From a virus, in the IMG/VR virus record IMGVR_UViG_3300045988_157190, positions 41,562-105,561 of that record: 64,000 bases of DNA; one strand, written 5' to 3'. A program made the position numbers and the translations under genes. Below the pieces are notes generated by a model, which was given only the letters and a program-made list of their open reading frames with translations, did not search any database and was not told the DNA's origin. Below are positions 1 to 9,450 of this stretch, one piece after another. Each line of letters starts with the position of its first letter. Position 1 is the first letter of the stretch.

Positions 1-999
1 TATTGGATAAAAACATTAAAAGCTACTATAAATCAGCCCAAGATTATAAGAAGTATCCCAGTAAATATAAAGAAAAACCTGGACTTCCAAGTTACAAAAA
101 GAGAGGTTCGGAATTTTCTTTATATTATACGAATCAAAGTTGTAAGATTGAAGACGGAAAAATTATTTTATCAAAAGAGCTTTCAATAAGTATTCCTCAA
201 TATGAGAAGTATTCTGATTTGATAAAAGATTTCCAACAAGTTAGAATAAAACCATTAAATAAAGGATATAAAGTCGAGGTAATTTACGAAGTTAAAGATG
301 TTGAAACACCTAAAGAGAGAAAAGAAAAAATTGCTTCAATTGATTTGGGGATTGACAATTTGGTAACTCTTATCAGTGAGGATTTTGTTATCCTTTTTAG
401 TGGTAAATTCATCAAATCATACAATCGATTTTTCAATAAGAAACTTGCTAAACTAAATAGTATCAAGGATTTGCAAAAGATAAAAGGAACAACAAGACGA
501 ATAAAGAAATTATATTATGATAGAGAACAGTACATAGAAGATGTCTTTCATAAAATTAGTAGAAAGATAGTTGATTTGCTTGTTGATTTTAAGATAACAA
601 AATTAGTTGTAGGCTATAACAAGGGGTGGAAACAAAATGTAAATATAGGCAAAAAAGAATAACCAAAAGTTTGTACAAATCCCTTTTGCGAGATTGGTTA
701 GTTACTTAGAATATAAATGCGAGTTAGCTGGTATTGAAATAGTTATTCATGAAGAATCATATACTTCAAAATGTGATTCATTAGCATTTGAGAAGATAGG
801 AAGACATAAGAGCTATTTAGGAAGAAGAAAGAAACGAGGATTGTTTCAATCATCAGTAGGAAAACTTATTAATGCTGATGTAAATGGTGCATTGAACATT
901 ATGAGAAAAGTAGTCGGTGATTCCTGTGAATCTATTCAAAGGATAATCGATAGAGGGTTATTGTTTAACCCAGTAAGGATTACGAATGTATTTTGTTAA
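1..999 (+). pseudogene. tnpB: TnpB-like RuvC nuclease (IS200/IS605-family accessory protein), copy 1; 5' end lies outside the window and the frame is broken at 651-662
   Basis: ORFs 3..662 and 694..999 are collinear with the intact copies at 25575..26786 and 40001..41188 (SIDLGIDN, EESYTSK, NADVNGALN = RuvC D-E-D). Frame 1 from nt 661 reads NQKFVQIPFARLVSYLEYKC, continuing GKK of the first ORF. Removing one A from the A6 run 651-656 gives GKKNNQKF, matching GKRNNQNF of copy 2. Confidence 0.8.
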
Positions 1000-1099
1000 G
1001 AAAGTATATTCTGAAACTTATAAAGAAATGTAATAGATTTAATATTTTCATAACATGTTTTCCTACTTTTTCACAAGTACAATTTAAAAACAACAAGAC

Positions 1100-1348
1100 A
1101 TGAGCAGAAAGAAAGAAACAGAGCTTCAAAAGCTCATTAGACATATTAATTCCATAGACCGTCCATTTGAGTTTTACGATGTGTCGAGATGTAATTTATT
1201 CTTTAACGGTACACTTAGAAAAACTATTACCTATCTTTACAGAGCGGGATTTATAGAACGGATTGAAAGAGGACGTTATAAACGCCTTAAAACAATCCCG
1301 GAGAATATAACTACTGTGGAGTTAGAAAAAATGGCTTACAAACGATAA
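1100..1348 (+). CDS. hypothetical small basic protein (possible DNA binder)
   Basis: 82-aa ATG ORF on the same strand as the flanking genes. No motif recognised. Confidence 0.5.
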   Translation: MSRKKETELQKLIRHINSIDRPFEFYDVSRCNLFFNGTLRKTITYLYRAGFIERIERGRYKRLKTIPENITTVELEKMAYKR

Positions 1349-1353
1349 AAGAT

Positions 1354-1641
1354 ATGGAATTTTCGACAATTTGCATTGTATTACTGGGAATAATAACGGT
1401 TTTCCTATTGGGGACTGTATTTGTTCTTTGGTTGAGAGTTAAGAACTTGAGACACTACTGCATGGCAATAGATTCAAGAATTGATTCTGTAAGACTTAAC
1501 TATCTCATAGGTTTTAGAAACCTCTTGATTCAGCAGGAAAAGTTTGAAGATGTAGAATACATAGACGAACTGATCAAAGACGAATATCCCGACATAAACC
1601 TAAAGGAAGTGACAGTAGAAGACATGCTTGATTTATTATAA
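1354..1641 (+). CDS. small membrane protein with a single N-terminal TM helix
   Basis: Hydrophobic N terminus FSTICIVLLGIITVFLLGTVFVLWL followed by an acidic tail. Starts 5 nt after the previous stop. Confidence 0.5.
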   Translation: MEFSTICIVLLGIITVFLLGTVFVLWLRVKNLRHYCMAIDSRIDSVRLNYLIGFRNLLIQQEKFEDVEYIDELIKDEYPDINLKEVTVEDMLDLL

Positions 1642-1662
1642 ACTTTTAAAAATCAATTGATT

Positions 1663-2094
1663 ATGGAGATTAAAGTAAAAAGAATAACACCTATTGATTA
1701 TCCCTATACAATAGGAAAGATGTACATTGATGAGACTTATTTTTGTGACACCTTGGAAGATCGTGTAAGAGACAAGGACAAGTCCGGTAAATTTGACAAC
1801 GGGGAAACAAAAGTATATGGCGAATCCGCTATTCCTTACGGACGATACAAAGTTGTTGTAAATATGTCTCCCCGGTTTAAAAGAGAACTACCCTTATTGC
1901 TGGACGTCCCTCATTTTGAGGGTATTAGAATCCACAGAGGGAATACAGACAAGGATAGCTCCGGCTGTATTCTTGTGGGGGAAAACAAGGTGAAAGGGAA
2001 AGTTATCAATTCCACACCTTATGAACAAAAAATTGTTGCTATTCTAAAAGAAGCACAGGACAAAGGGGAAGATATTTGGATCACAATTGAGTAA
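1663..2094 (+). CDS. DUF5675-like protein with a YkuD-like His / Gly-Cys motif (putative cell-wall L,D-peptidase)
   Basis: Pattern FCDTLED ... IPYGRY ... SPRF ... VP.F.GIRIHRGN ... SSGCILVG matches my recollection of the DUF5675 family. First ATG of the ORF is at 1663 (the ORF track starts at a TTG at 1657). Confidence 0.55.
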   Translation: MEIKVKRITPIDYPYTIGKMYIDETYFCDTLEDRVRDKDKSGKFDNGETKVYGESAIPYGRYKVVVNMSPRFKRELPLLLDVPHFEGIRIHRGNTDKDSSGCILVGENKVKGKVINSTPYEQKIVAILKEAQDKGEDIWITIE

Positions 2095-2228
2095 GAAATA
2101 TATACCTGTATAATTGTTTATAGTTAATCGAGTTGCAAACCCATTAAAAGAAAGGAGGTGAGAGCATGAAATAGCAAAAATCTATTCTAAATTCCTCTAT
2201 GAACAAATCTAAGTTTTAATAAAGGAGG

Positions 2229-2516
2229 ATGCCGAAAATCCTTAACAGAGTAGGTACATTAACAATCTCGTTGTTAGTAAATTACGTTAATCAAGAAAGG
2301 GCTTTGAACACAATCTGTAAAAATCGGTTCTTAGCCCTTTCGTCTTTAAAAACTAATAGTATGCCTTACGAAAAGAAGAATATTGAAACTCCCAAAAAGA
2401 AACCTATGATCATTCCGGTAAAGAATGCTGCTCCTGCTTGGACAAAGACAAAGGTACGGAACATTATGCGTGATTCCAAATATCCCGAACTTCATGGAGA
2501 GATGTATCTGGGTTAA
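2229..2516 (+). CDS. doubtful ORF (alternative start M45 at 2361)
   Basis: 95-aa ORF with a basic, low-complexity C terminus. Converges on and overlaps the minus-strand gene 2513..3028 by 4 nt. Its N-terminal half covers a 9-bp inverted repeat (gaaagggct / agccctttc). Confidence 0.2.
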   Translation: MPKILNRVGTLTISLLVNYVNQERALNTICKNRFLALSSLKTNSMPYEKKNIETPKKKPMIIPVKNAAPAWTKTKVRNIMRDSKYPELHGEMYLG

Positions 2517-3028
2517 GAATAAGCCCGGAAAATAGTTTTTGTATTGGGTATGATCGACCGGTCATATTTTGCTTTCAATCTGAACAAGATTTCCCTTTGA
2601 AGGGCTGATTCTTGGTTTTTCAGTTTCAATACTGTTCCCCGGTAGTCCGATACAATCCATTTTCCGTCTTTCTTTTCCAAAAGAGACAAACGCGATCTTA
2701 TATCCCCATTTACAAACACTTTTATAGATGGGGATATTTTTATTTTCGCGTCCTTTACATTTACCAGATACTTTTTCAGTTCCGGTAGCATTCTTTTCCT
2801 TCCATCACTGCCTGCATCACCTTCCAGATACTTTATAAACTTTTCTATTCCTTTTATCTTCCGGTCTATACTTTCTTCTTTTTCTCCCGACAGGGCTATT
2901 TTCAAATTCCGTCTTGTAATAGGTTTAATGATCGTACTTCCCCACAGGAAACCGTTGGAGGGACAAAGCTCGTTGAACCTTTCCACTCTTTTTATATAGA
3001 GGTTTATCTTTCTTTCCTTGTTCGTCAT
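2513..3028 (-). CDS. hypothetical protein
   Basis: 171-aa ORF, last gene of the minus-strand block. No motif recognised. Confidence 0.55.
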   Translation of the reverse strand: MTNKERKINLYIKRVERFNELCPSNGFLWGSTIIKPITRRNLKIALSGEKEESIDRKIKGIEKFIKYLEGDAGSDGRKRMLPELKKYLVNVKDAKIKISPSIKVFVNGDIRSRLSLLEKKDGKWIVSDYRGTVLKLKNQESALQREILFRLKAKYDRSIIPNTKTIFRAYS

Positions 3029-3040
3029 AGCTCCCTTTCC

Positions 3041-4180
3041 CTATTTAAGTCGTAAAGCCTTTAATCTGTCCTTTACAGAGGCTTTTCTTTCATCATCTAT
3101 ATAAGTAGCCTCCTGCACTTCATAAGGCGTCATTTCGTCTAAGAACTTCTTGTTTTGCTTTTCCAGTTCTTCCCAATTGGCTGCACGGATCAGATCGCCC
3201 GGAAGCATAATCTTTTCCCTACCCAGAATAGTTTTATTGAAACCATTGAAGTCCTTGTAGTAGCTTGTTGCAAGCTGATGTACCAATACAGTAGGGTCAA
3301 GACCTGATTTTGCGGCGACAAGGCCTATTATGATAGAATTGATAGGAAGTGTTCGAAATACACGAGAAACGTTTTCTTGTCCATGCAAGGTAGCGACAAT
3401 ATCTATTTTCCCGTCTACGGTCAACTTTAGTTCATTGCCTTTTACTTCTTTCCGGGCTTGCTCCAGCATGTTTCTTATTTCCCGCTCGAATATCAATGCC
3501 TTTTCTTCCTTTTCTCCTGCAAGGTATTTTTGATACCGGTGCTGTAGGTCTATTATGATAGTGTTTATGATCTGTAGCCGTCCGGCTTCCGTTGCTACCT
3601 TATATTGATTGGATGAAGCAAGAAATACGGCACGTTTGCTTTCGATTTCCGCTTTCTTTTTGGCGAAGATGGCTTGCAGTTCCTTTTGGGTAAGTTTTAT
3701 CTTCTTTTCTTCCTTTAGGATTTTCTGGACATCATCAACGCCGTTCATCTCCCCAAACAGTTTCACGATATAGGACATGATCTCCGGCGTGACGGAAGAA
3801 AGCATTTCTTTTCGATAAATGTCGTTGAATACCTCTTTGCACCTCTTTATTTCTTCTATGAGAGGCATAACATACATTTCTTTGTGCCGTTGTGCTTTCT
3901 TTACGTCCGATTCCTTTCCACCGTGACGAAGGATAAAACCCTTTGCAGAATAGCTTTTTAAGTCGGCCGTGATCTCCTCCCCGTCCTTACCTTCAAAGAC
4001 AAAGAAACGGTAAGACGATTCAGATAGTGCCCTTTCTGCCGTTTCCAAAGCGACAAAAGCGTTTTTTAGCTCACTGGAAGCGGTCTGGATCACTTCTGGA
4101 GCTTGTTCTATTATTTCCACAAAGTCCTTTTGGGAAATAGCCGGTAAATCTTTATTAGTAAGTTGTTTCCCCTTCTGCAT
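3041..4180 (-). CDS. hypothetical protein, helical/coiled-coil rich
   Basis: 379-aa ORF with ATG start, tightly packed with its neighbours. No catalytic motif recognised. Confidence 0.65.
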   Translation of the reverse strand: MQKGKQLTNKDLPAISQKDFVEIIEQAPEVIQTASSELKNAFVALETAERALSESSYRFFVFEGKDGEEITADLKSYSAKGFILRHGGKESDVKKAQRHKEMYVMPLIEEIKRCKEVFNDIYRKEMLSSVTPEIMSYIVKLFGEMNGVDDVQKILKEEKKIKLTQKELQAIFAKKKAEIESKRAVFLASSNQYKVATEAGRLQIINTIIIDLQHRYQKYLAGEKEEKALIFEREIRNMLEQARKEVKGNELKLTVDGKIDIVATLHGQENVSRVFRTLPINSIIIGLVAAKSGLDPTVLVHQLATSYYKDFNGFNKTILGREKIMLPGDLIRAANWEELEKQNKKFLDEMTPYEVQEATYIDDERKASVKDRLKALRLK

Positions 4181-4325
4181 TGTTCAATTCTTCGATTTGA
4201 GATTTGGAAAGCTGTGCACTATTATATTCAAAACATTCTGATTTGTCCACATAAGGACATTCGATTTTGTATCTACAGTTATCGCAAACTATAGAAGGTT
4301 TGTCTACAGACTTTTGTAACTTCAT
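4155..4325 (-). CDS. small Cys-rich protein (56 aa), not in the supplied ORF track
   Basis: Hand translation gives MKLQKSVDKPSIVCDNCRYKIECPYVDKSECFEYNSAQLSKSQIEELNNAEGETTY. It has a CxxC...C...C pattern and overlaps the start of 3041..4180 by 26 nt. Confidence 0.4.
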   Translation of the reverse strand: MKLQKSVDKPSIVCDNCRYKIECPYVDKSECFEYNSAQLSKSQIEELNNAEGETTY

Positions 4326-4384
4326 TTTGACAAAAATTTAATGGTTGTTTTTATTATGTGACAAAACTACACTAAAGAAAGGAC

Positions 4385-4427
4385 AAAAACAAAAGTCCTT
4401 ACCTATACATCGCGTACCGGTAAGGAC
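4385..4427 (-). terminator. intrinsic terminator candidate downstream of 4549..4935
   Basis: Perfect 9-bp stem gtccttacc (4395-4403) / ggtaaggac (4419-4427). On the minus strand it is followed by TTTTGTTTTT (plus-strand 4385-4394). Confidence 0.5.
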
Positions 4428-4548
4428 AAAATAATAACATAAACTAATTAAACTACTAAATACCAATTGAATAACTAAACTAATAATATAACAAACATAA
4501 AATTTTCTACACATAGCAAAGATATACAAATCTTTTTCTTTGGAAAGG

Positions 4549-4935
4549 CTAAACACTTTCAAAATATGCAACCTCTTTAAGCTGATACATTTTCAGTCTT
4601 TCTCCGTTTTCTATTTTGTAGCCGACATATACCAATTTATAAAGGAACTGATAAAAGTTGCCCGGCAAAAATTTCTTTTTGTTTTTCTTTAGGATATTCT
4701 TTACAAAATATCCTTTACAGAAAAAACCTTGTAACTTTTTTGAATCATTCAATAGAAGTACATTCACAATATCTACAGATTTGTTCAAATAGAAGCACGG
4801 CACGCCGGCATTGTATTTCCATGTTACAAACTTAACATTGTCTTTTGTGTAATACTTCATTCTATTCTTTCCTTTTCCTTTCCTTATCTGCCTTTTAGAG
4901 ACAAACAAGGAAAGGAATTTGTTTAACCGGATCAT
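4549..4935 (-). CDS. hypothetical basic protein
   Basis: 128-aa ORF. ATG lies 4 nt after the stop of the upstream gene 4940..6706. Confidence 0.5.
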   Translation of the reverse strand: MIRLNKFLSLFVSKRQIRKGKGKNRMKYYTKDNVKFVTWKYNAGVPCFYLNKSVDIVNVLLLNDSKKLQGFFCKGYFVKNILKKNKKKFLPGNFYQFLYKLVYVGYKIENGERLKMYQLKEVAYFESV

Positions 4936-4939
4936 AGCG

Positions 4940-6706
4940 TTACATGCTTTCGTTTATCTTTTGTAATACACTTTGCAACACACTGTCGCCGTTGAAAGTT
5001 GTTTCTATTATAGTATTTGTATTTCCATCACCATAAGTAAACACTATTTTCCCGGTTTTATCATATAGCTTTATATCCTGTATAACTTTTAACTCTTTTG
5101 GGCTATCCTGTTTTACTTTAGATATGATACTTTCCAGGTTAAGTCCGGTTACCTCTAACATATCGTCCGTATAGTCCGAGACATTAAAATCAAAATAGCT
5201 TTCATTCTCTTTATTCTGGACAAAGTTATACGCTTCAAACTCGTTTTTAAATACTTTTTCTTTTCCGTTCTTGAATAGGTGGAATGTTTGCGCGTTCGGT
5301 TGCTCCCAATGATAACCGTCTTTCTCCATAAAGAAAAATACTTTGTTTGTAGCACTTTCTTTGCTCTCCTGTAGGTTTGTATCATTTTTATTTTCCGACG
5401 TTCCTACAGGCTTAATATCTGTGTCCGGTTCTTTTGTTTCTTTTCCACAATAAACAGACGTTAACTTATCCGGGAAATAATCGTTCTTATCTCTAATTGA
5501 ATTAAAATAATTAATTTTGTTATCAATCATAAAACAGTTGTCACAGTTGTCAGAGACAAAAGAAAGTTTACAATAACTATATTCTTTTGTAAAATATATT
5601 TCGCCGTTCCAACCGTCCAGACAAGAAAGTACTTTACTTAATCTATTATCTGATCTATAACTAAAATTAGACGGTTCAGACAATTGTACAAACAATTCTC
5701 CGTATTTATTCTCTGTATCACTTATTCCTAATTCTGTAATATAATTTACTCTTAATCGGTCTGATCCTTTTTCTATCTCAAAAGAAACAAATTCGGAGAC
5801 TTTAGATATAGTTTTTAAATCCTTTGTAAACTGTTTATCGTCCTTAACCGTTAATTTTAATTCTTTATATAAAATAGGATAAACAGATTCTATATTTACG
5901 TTTTTATCAGAATCATAGTAGCTACATTCAAACATTTCACCTTTATCTGTTACGATCGTTACGACTGTTTGCTCTTCTTTATCGTCGCTATTGACAATAA
6001 TATGGCATTCTTTCCCTACCAACTTTTTAAAGGTGTCAAAAGATATACATATATGCTTATCCCAATCGCCAAAAAGATTAGATATTTTCACGTTTCTACT
6101 TTTACAAATAAACGCATTAGTAGCATATATTTTGCTTAAATTTATATCTATCAAAATATTGTTATCAATATATCGACTTGAATTTTTGGTTTTTACAGTT
6201 AGAAACGTTTTGTCTTTCTTATTAAATATAATATCAAAAGAACAAATACAATTATCCTCGCTTTCTTGTACCTGATTTCCTTCTTTGACAAATTCTAATT
6301 TTTCTTTGGCGCCGGACAACTGTTTGAACCTTTCCAAATATTCAAACACTTTGACTATATCAAAACTGCATTTAAAATTGTCTTTTTCAATAGAGACAAT
6401 ATTATTAGACACCTTACATACATAAGACACGCTATTTATAAAAAAAGAATCAATATTTGAATAATAAGGACTTTTGTGTAGTATTTTTGTCACTTGTTCT
6501 TTTTCTTTCTCTGTTAGTCTTTCTGCTTTCCCTTGCTTTGTTTCAAGGCTTTCGCAGTTTGCGATATAGGCGTAAACGTCTTTCAATGTATATACGCCCG
6601 GTTTTTCGTTTTTAAAAAGTTCTTGGAAGTATGCTCTTGCGATTTCCAACAATTCAACAAAAATTTCCATGAATAAAGTATTTGTACTGTTATTAGTTGC
6701 TTTCAT
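4940..6706 (-). CDS. hypothetical large protein
   Basis: 588-aa uninterrupted ORF. No motif I can name with confidence. Confidence 0.7.
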   Translation of the reverse strand: MKATNNSTNTLFMEIFVELLEIARAYFQELFKNEKPGVYTLKDVYAYIANCESLETKQGKAERLTEKEKEQVTKILHKSPYYSNIDSFFINSVSYVCKVSNNIVSIEKDNFKCSFDIVKVFEYLERFKQLSGAKEKLEFVKEGNQVQESEDNCICSFDIIFNKKDKTFLTVKTKNSSRYIDNNILIDINLSKIYATNAFICKSRNVKISNLFGDWDKHICISFDTFKKLVGKECHIIVNSDDKEEQTVVTIVTDKGEMFECSYYDSDKNVNIESVYPILYKELKLTVKDDKQFTKDLKTISKVSEFVSFEIEKGSDRLRVNYITELGISDTENKYGELFVQLSEPSNFSYRSDNRLSKVLSCLDGWNGEIYFTKEYSYCKLSFVSDNCDNCFMIDNKINYFNSIRDKNDYFPDKLTSVYCGKETKEPDTDIKPVGTSENKNDTNLQESKESATNKVFFFMEKDGYHWEQPNAQTFHLFKNGKEKVFKNEFEAYNFVQNKENESYFDFNVSDYTDDMLEVTGLNLESIISKVKQDSPKELKVIQDIKLYDKTGKIVFTYGDGNTNTIIETTFNGDSVLQSVLQKINESM

Positions 6707-6826
6707 TTTATTATCTCCTATTAGTTTAGTTATTGTTATTAATTGTTTATATAGCTCCCTATTGTTGTACCCTTCAAAAGAAGCATAAAAGTTTTGAAGC
6801 CTTTTCGCTTACTAATCTTATTTGTA

Positions 6827-7138
6827 TTATTTTAAATTTATTCGTATAACTGTATTTCTGTTTTTACAAATATCGCCGTATTTCCCTATATGGTCACAAA
6901 AATATTTAGCTGTCGTTAAACTTGTGTAATTGTCACCTGGGTACAACTGATTCAAATTATTTATTATGTTTAAATCGTTTTCACTCTTTACTGTTTTGTT
7001 CATACTATTACGAAAGATATCACTTACTTTTGTGTTAAAAACAAGCATTTCCGAAGGCGTAGCAAATACATTCAGGCGACAATTATATACTGTTCCACTT
7101 GCAAAAAGTCTTTTATGATATGATACTTTTATTTTCAT
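6827..7138 (-). CDS. hypothetical protein
   Basis: 103-aa ORF co-oriented with the block. Confidence 0.5.
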   Translation of the reverse strand: MKIKVSYHKRLFASGTVYNCRLNVFATPSEMLVFNTKVSDIFRNSMNKTVKSENDLNIINNLNQLYPGDNYTSLTTAKYFCDHIGKYGDICKNRNTVIRINLK

Positions 7139-7197
7139 CTCTATATATTTTTAAATTGATAAATTGAATAAAATAAGTGAGTAAACAGGTAGGGCGA

Positions 7198-8160
7198 TTA
7201 TTCCCTACCTTTGTCTAAATTTGTTACCTCTATTCCTTCTGGTAGGGTATTACTGCACACAAGTTCGTTGATTAAATCAGAAGGAATCTTTTTGCAGCAA
7301 TCTAACCAATTAAAGCAAAGCTCGTTTTTATGATCGTAAAGGGTAACGTTATCCCAACTTATGCCAAAAGAAACAACTGCCTTTTTTACTTCATAAATTC
7401 TTTTTGCTTTTTCTACACTTTTGGCAAACTCTTTTTCAATCTCTGCAAGTTCTTCTAACCGTTTCTTTGTTCTTGTAATTTCTTCACGCGCTTGTTTCAT
7501 TTCTTTTGTCGCGTAACCATGTTTAAACAAATAGGCCATGTCGTTACACTTTTCCGCGTCAAACTGTTTATAAACTCTATCTTTATTTTCAATTTTCAAG
7601 GTTAAGCCCGTTTTTGCTTCCATCTCCCGAATGGCTTCATCTGCTTGCTTTTTCCAAATACCAGCAACGCCCAAGTAAAAAACAAGGTAGTGAAATAAAT
7701 CTTTGTTGTCTGAAGCGTTACGTAATATTTCAATAGCTTCCAAATTAGAAATATTATACATTTCCGCTATTTGTTCATTTGTTTCGCCTTCATTGATATG
7801 AAAGCGAATGTCATCTATAAACATTGGCTGCCCTAAATGATTGCAAGTATGCAGCTTTTCAAACATAGAAAGCTCAGGTTTTAAGTAGGCGATAATGTCA
7901 CCTATTGCGCCGGAAATCAAAGTATAATAACGTCCGTTGTTCTTCTTTACCTTAATTTCGCCGGTAAAACTAAAGGTTAAATGTCCGTTTTTGCAATCAT
8001 CATTTAACCCAATATAGTAGGCAAAAGAATAACATTTACCGCCTTCAAAAAGAGTGTTATCTACTTGTGTGTCCTCTTTAAAGAACTTAGAAAATGATCC
8101 AAAGAAACCAATACGATTTACAGTTACCTTGTTTTCGTTGTTATTTACTGTAGTTGTCAT
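7198..8160 (-). CDS. hypothetical protein with a coiled-coil C-terminal half
   Basis: 320-aa ORF with ATG start. Confidence 0.7.
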   Translation of the reverse strand: MTTTVNNNENKVTVNRIGFFGSFSKFFKEDTQVDNTLFEGGKCYSFAYYIGLNDDCKNGHLTFSFTGEIKVKKNNGRYYTLISGAIGDIIAYLKPELSMFEKLHTCNHLGQPMFIDDIRFHINEGETNEQIAEMYNISNLEAIEILRNASDNKDLFHYLVFYLGVAGIWKKQADEAIREMEAKTGLTLKIENKDRVYKQFDAEKCNDMAYLFKHGYATKEMKQAREEITRTKKRLEELAEIEKEFAKSVEKAKRIYEVKKAVVSFGISWDNVTLYDHKNELCFNWLDCCKKIPSDLINELVCSNTLPEGIEVTNLDKGRE

Positions 8161-8222
8161 AACTTAATCGCGTTTTGTCAAGGTTTGCGCACCTTGCTTA
8201 ATTAGTTTAGTTAGTTGCTTTA

Positions 8223-8495
8223 TTAATAAGTTAAAATTTGTACTTTATACCCGTCTTTCCCGGAAAATTGATATATTTCGCTTGTTGCTTCTGCATATTC
8301 GCTTTCGATTATATCTAAACAGCCTTTCACTTTTCCGTCAAAAGAGTAAGTTTTAAGTTCCTTAATAAATTCTACGCAATCACCCTGTAATAGGGTTAAA
8401 CCATTACCGCCACACCCTAAAGTTGCTACAATAACAGTATTACTATTTTTCAATTCTGTAGCAATAAATTCAAAAATTTGTTCTTTCGCCTTCAT
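8223..8495 (-). CDS. hypothetical protein
   Basis: 90-aa ORF. ATG lies 17 nt downstream (minus sense) of the 118-bp repeat copy A. Confidence 0.55.
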   Translation of the reverse strand: MKAKEQIFEFIATELKNSNTVIVATLGCGGNGLTLLQGDCVEFIKELKTYSFDGKVKGCLDIIESEYAEATSEIYQFSGKDGYKVQILTY

Positions 8496-8511
8496 GATCT
8501 CTATTTGTTTA

Positions 8512-8629
8512 TGTTATTGTTAGTTCTTTATCACATTACAAATGTAACACTTTAATGTTACATACCAAAGGTTTTATAGTTAAGAAAGGTTAATTTGATG
8601 ATTTTTCTTTGTTTTGTTTGTTACTTATA
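8512..8629. repeat. 118-bp perfect direct repeat, copy A
   Basis: Base-for-base identical to 9331..9448 by direct comparison of the printed sequence. Confidence 0.95.
8539..8569 (-). promoter_or_regulatory. Bacteroidetes-type promoter candidate with an embedded palindrome
   Basis: The minus strand reads TTTG (8569-8566), then 19 nt, then TACATTTG (8546-8539), fitting -33 TTTG / -7 TAnnTTTG. The palindrome ATGTAACA-N6-TGTTACAT (8542-8563) fills the spacer and overlaps the -7 box. Confidence 0.45.
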
Positions 8630-8796
8630 AATGATTTTTCAACCAAAATATAAAGTAAAACTAAAACAATAGGAACAGATAAGATAACATGCAAAAAATT
8701 CTTTTCGTCTATAAATAGAATAATAAGAGTGATAACGAAAGAAATAAATACTACTTTCAAACCTTCTAATATTATTTGTATTGCTTTCAGTTTCAT
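8590..8796 (-). CDS. small membrane protein (two predicted TM segments)
   Basis: 68-aa ORF with two hydrophobic stretches. Its 3' end lies inside repeat copy A. Confidence 0.45.
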   Translation of the reverse strand: MKLKAIQIILEGLKVVFISFVITLIILFIDEKNFLHVILSVPIVLVLLYILVEKSFISNKQNKEKSSN

Positions 8797-8818
8797 AACT
8801 TTATTGTTTAACTGTTTA

Positions 8819-9031
8819 TTAAAGTGTATTATTTACATTTATTTTATAGGACTTTCCAAAAGAGACACCGCGCTTTGTATTTTCAATAGGTGTAAAAGTT
8901 ACATTATTTCCGTTCCTATCGGCTCCATAAATACCCGTTGCACCTGTTTTGTTTTCCCTACAAAATTGCTTTGCTTTTTGAAGGCTGGAGAACTCCAGCC
9001 CATCAATTACCCATTTATATACGCGTTTCAT
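8819..9031 (-). CDS. hypothetical protein
   Basis: 70-aa ORF co-oriented with the block. Confidence 0.5.
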   Translation of the reverse strand: MKRVYKWVIDGLEFSSLQKAKQFCRENKTGATGIYGADRNGNNVTFTPIENTKRGVSFGKSYKINVNNTL

Positions 9032-9067
9032 TGTATTTGCAAATTTGACAATAGTTCTATTGCTCTT

Positions 9068-9310
9068 TTATTTCCTTTGTTTGCTTCTTGTTGCAATGTA
9101 GTGATTATGATTTTCCGGGTATTTTTTATCCCATTTGCAAGCCTTCGTATTTGAAAGCAAACATTTAATTTTGATTGTTTTACCTTCGTAGGAAATAGAA
9201 GTTTCTTTGCTATCACCGTTATTAATTATTGCCGGCTGATCGTTAAATCTTTCTTCTTCGTTGTTAATTAACCCTTGTGCTTGCTTTGCATTAATTCTTG
9301 TTGCTTTCAT
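9068..9310 (-). CDS. hypothetical protein
   Basis: 80-aa ORF. ATG lies 20 nt downstream (minus sense) of repeat copy B. It competes with the overlapping ORF 9028..9216. Confidence 0.45.
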   Translation of the reverse strand: MKATRINAKQAQGLINNEEERFNDQPAIINNGDSKETSISYEGKTIKIKCLLSNTKACKWDKKYPENHNHYIATRSKQRK

Positions 9311-9330
9311 AACTTTGTTGTTTAATTAGT

Positions 9331-9448
9331 TGTTATTGTTAGTTCTTTATCACATTACAAATGTAACACTTTAATGTTACATACCAAAGGTTTTATAGTT
9401 AAGAAAGGTTAATTTGATGATTTTTCTTTGTTTTGTTTGTTACTTATA
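9331..9448. repeat. 118-bp perfect direct repeat, copy B
   Basis: Identical to 8512..8629. Confidence 0.95.
9358..9388 (-). promoter_or_regulatory. second copy of the promoter plus palindrome cassette
   Basis: Same sequence as 8539..8569, offset by 819 nt. Palindrome at 9361-9382. Confidence 0.45.
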
Positions 9449-9450
9449 TC

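Noticed and set aside
4338-4571. A 77-aa minus-strand ORF in the 4331-4548 gap
   Set aside because: It is hydrophobic and low-complexity, spans the terminator hairpin, and overlaps the end of 4549..4935.
8729-9154. A 141-aa plus-strand ORF spanning three minus-strand genes
   Set aside because: It runs antisense across gene boundaries and the repeat/promoter region, and it is hydrophobic and low-complexity. The minus-strand genes fit the operon layout better.
9028-9216. A 62-aa minus-strand ORF overlapping 9068..9310 in another frame
   Set aside because: Only one of the two is likely to be real. 9068..9310 starts directly behind the duplicated promoter cassette, so it was preferred, but this remains uncertain.
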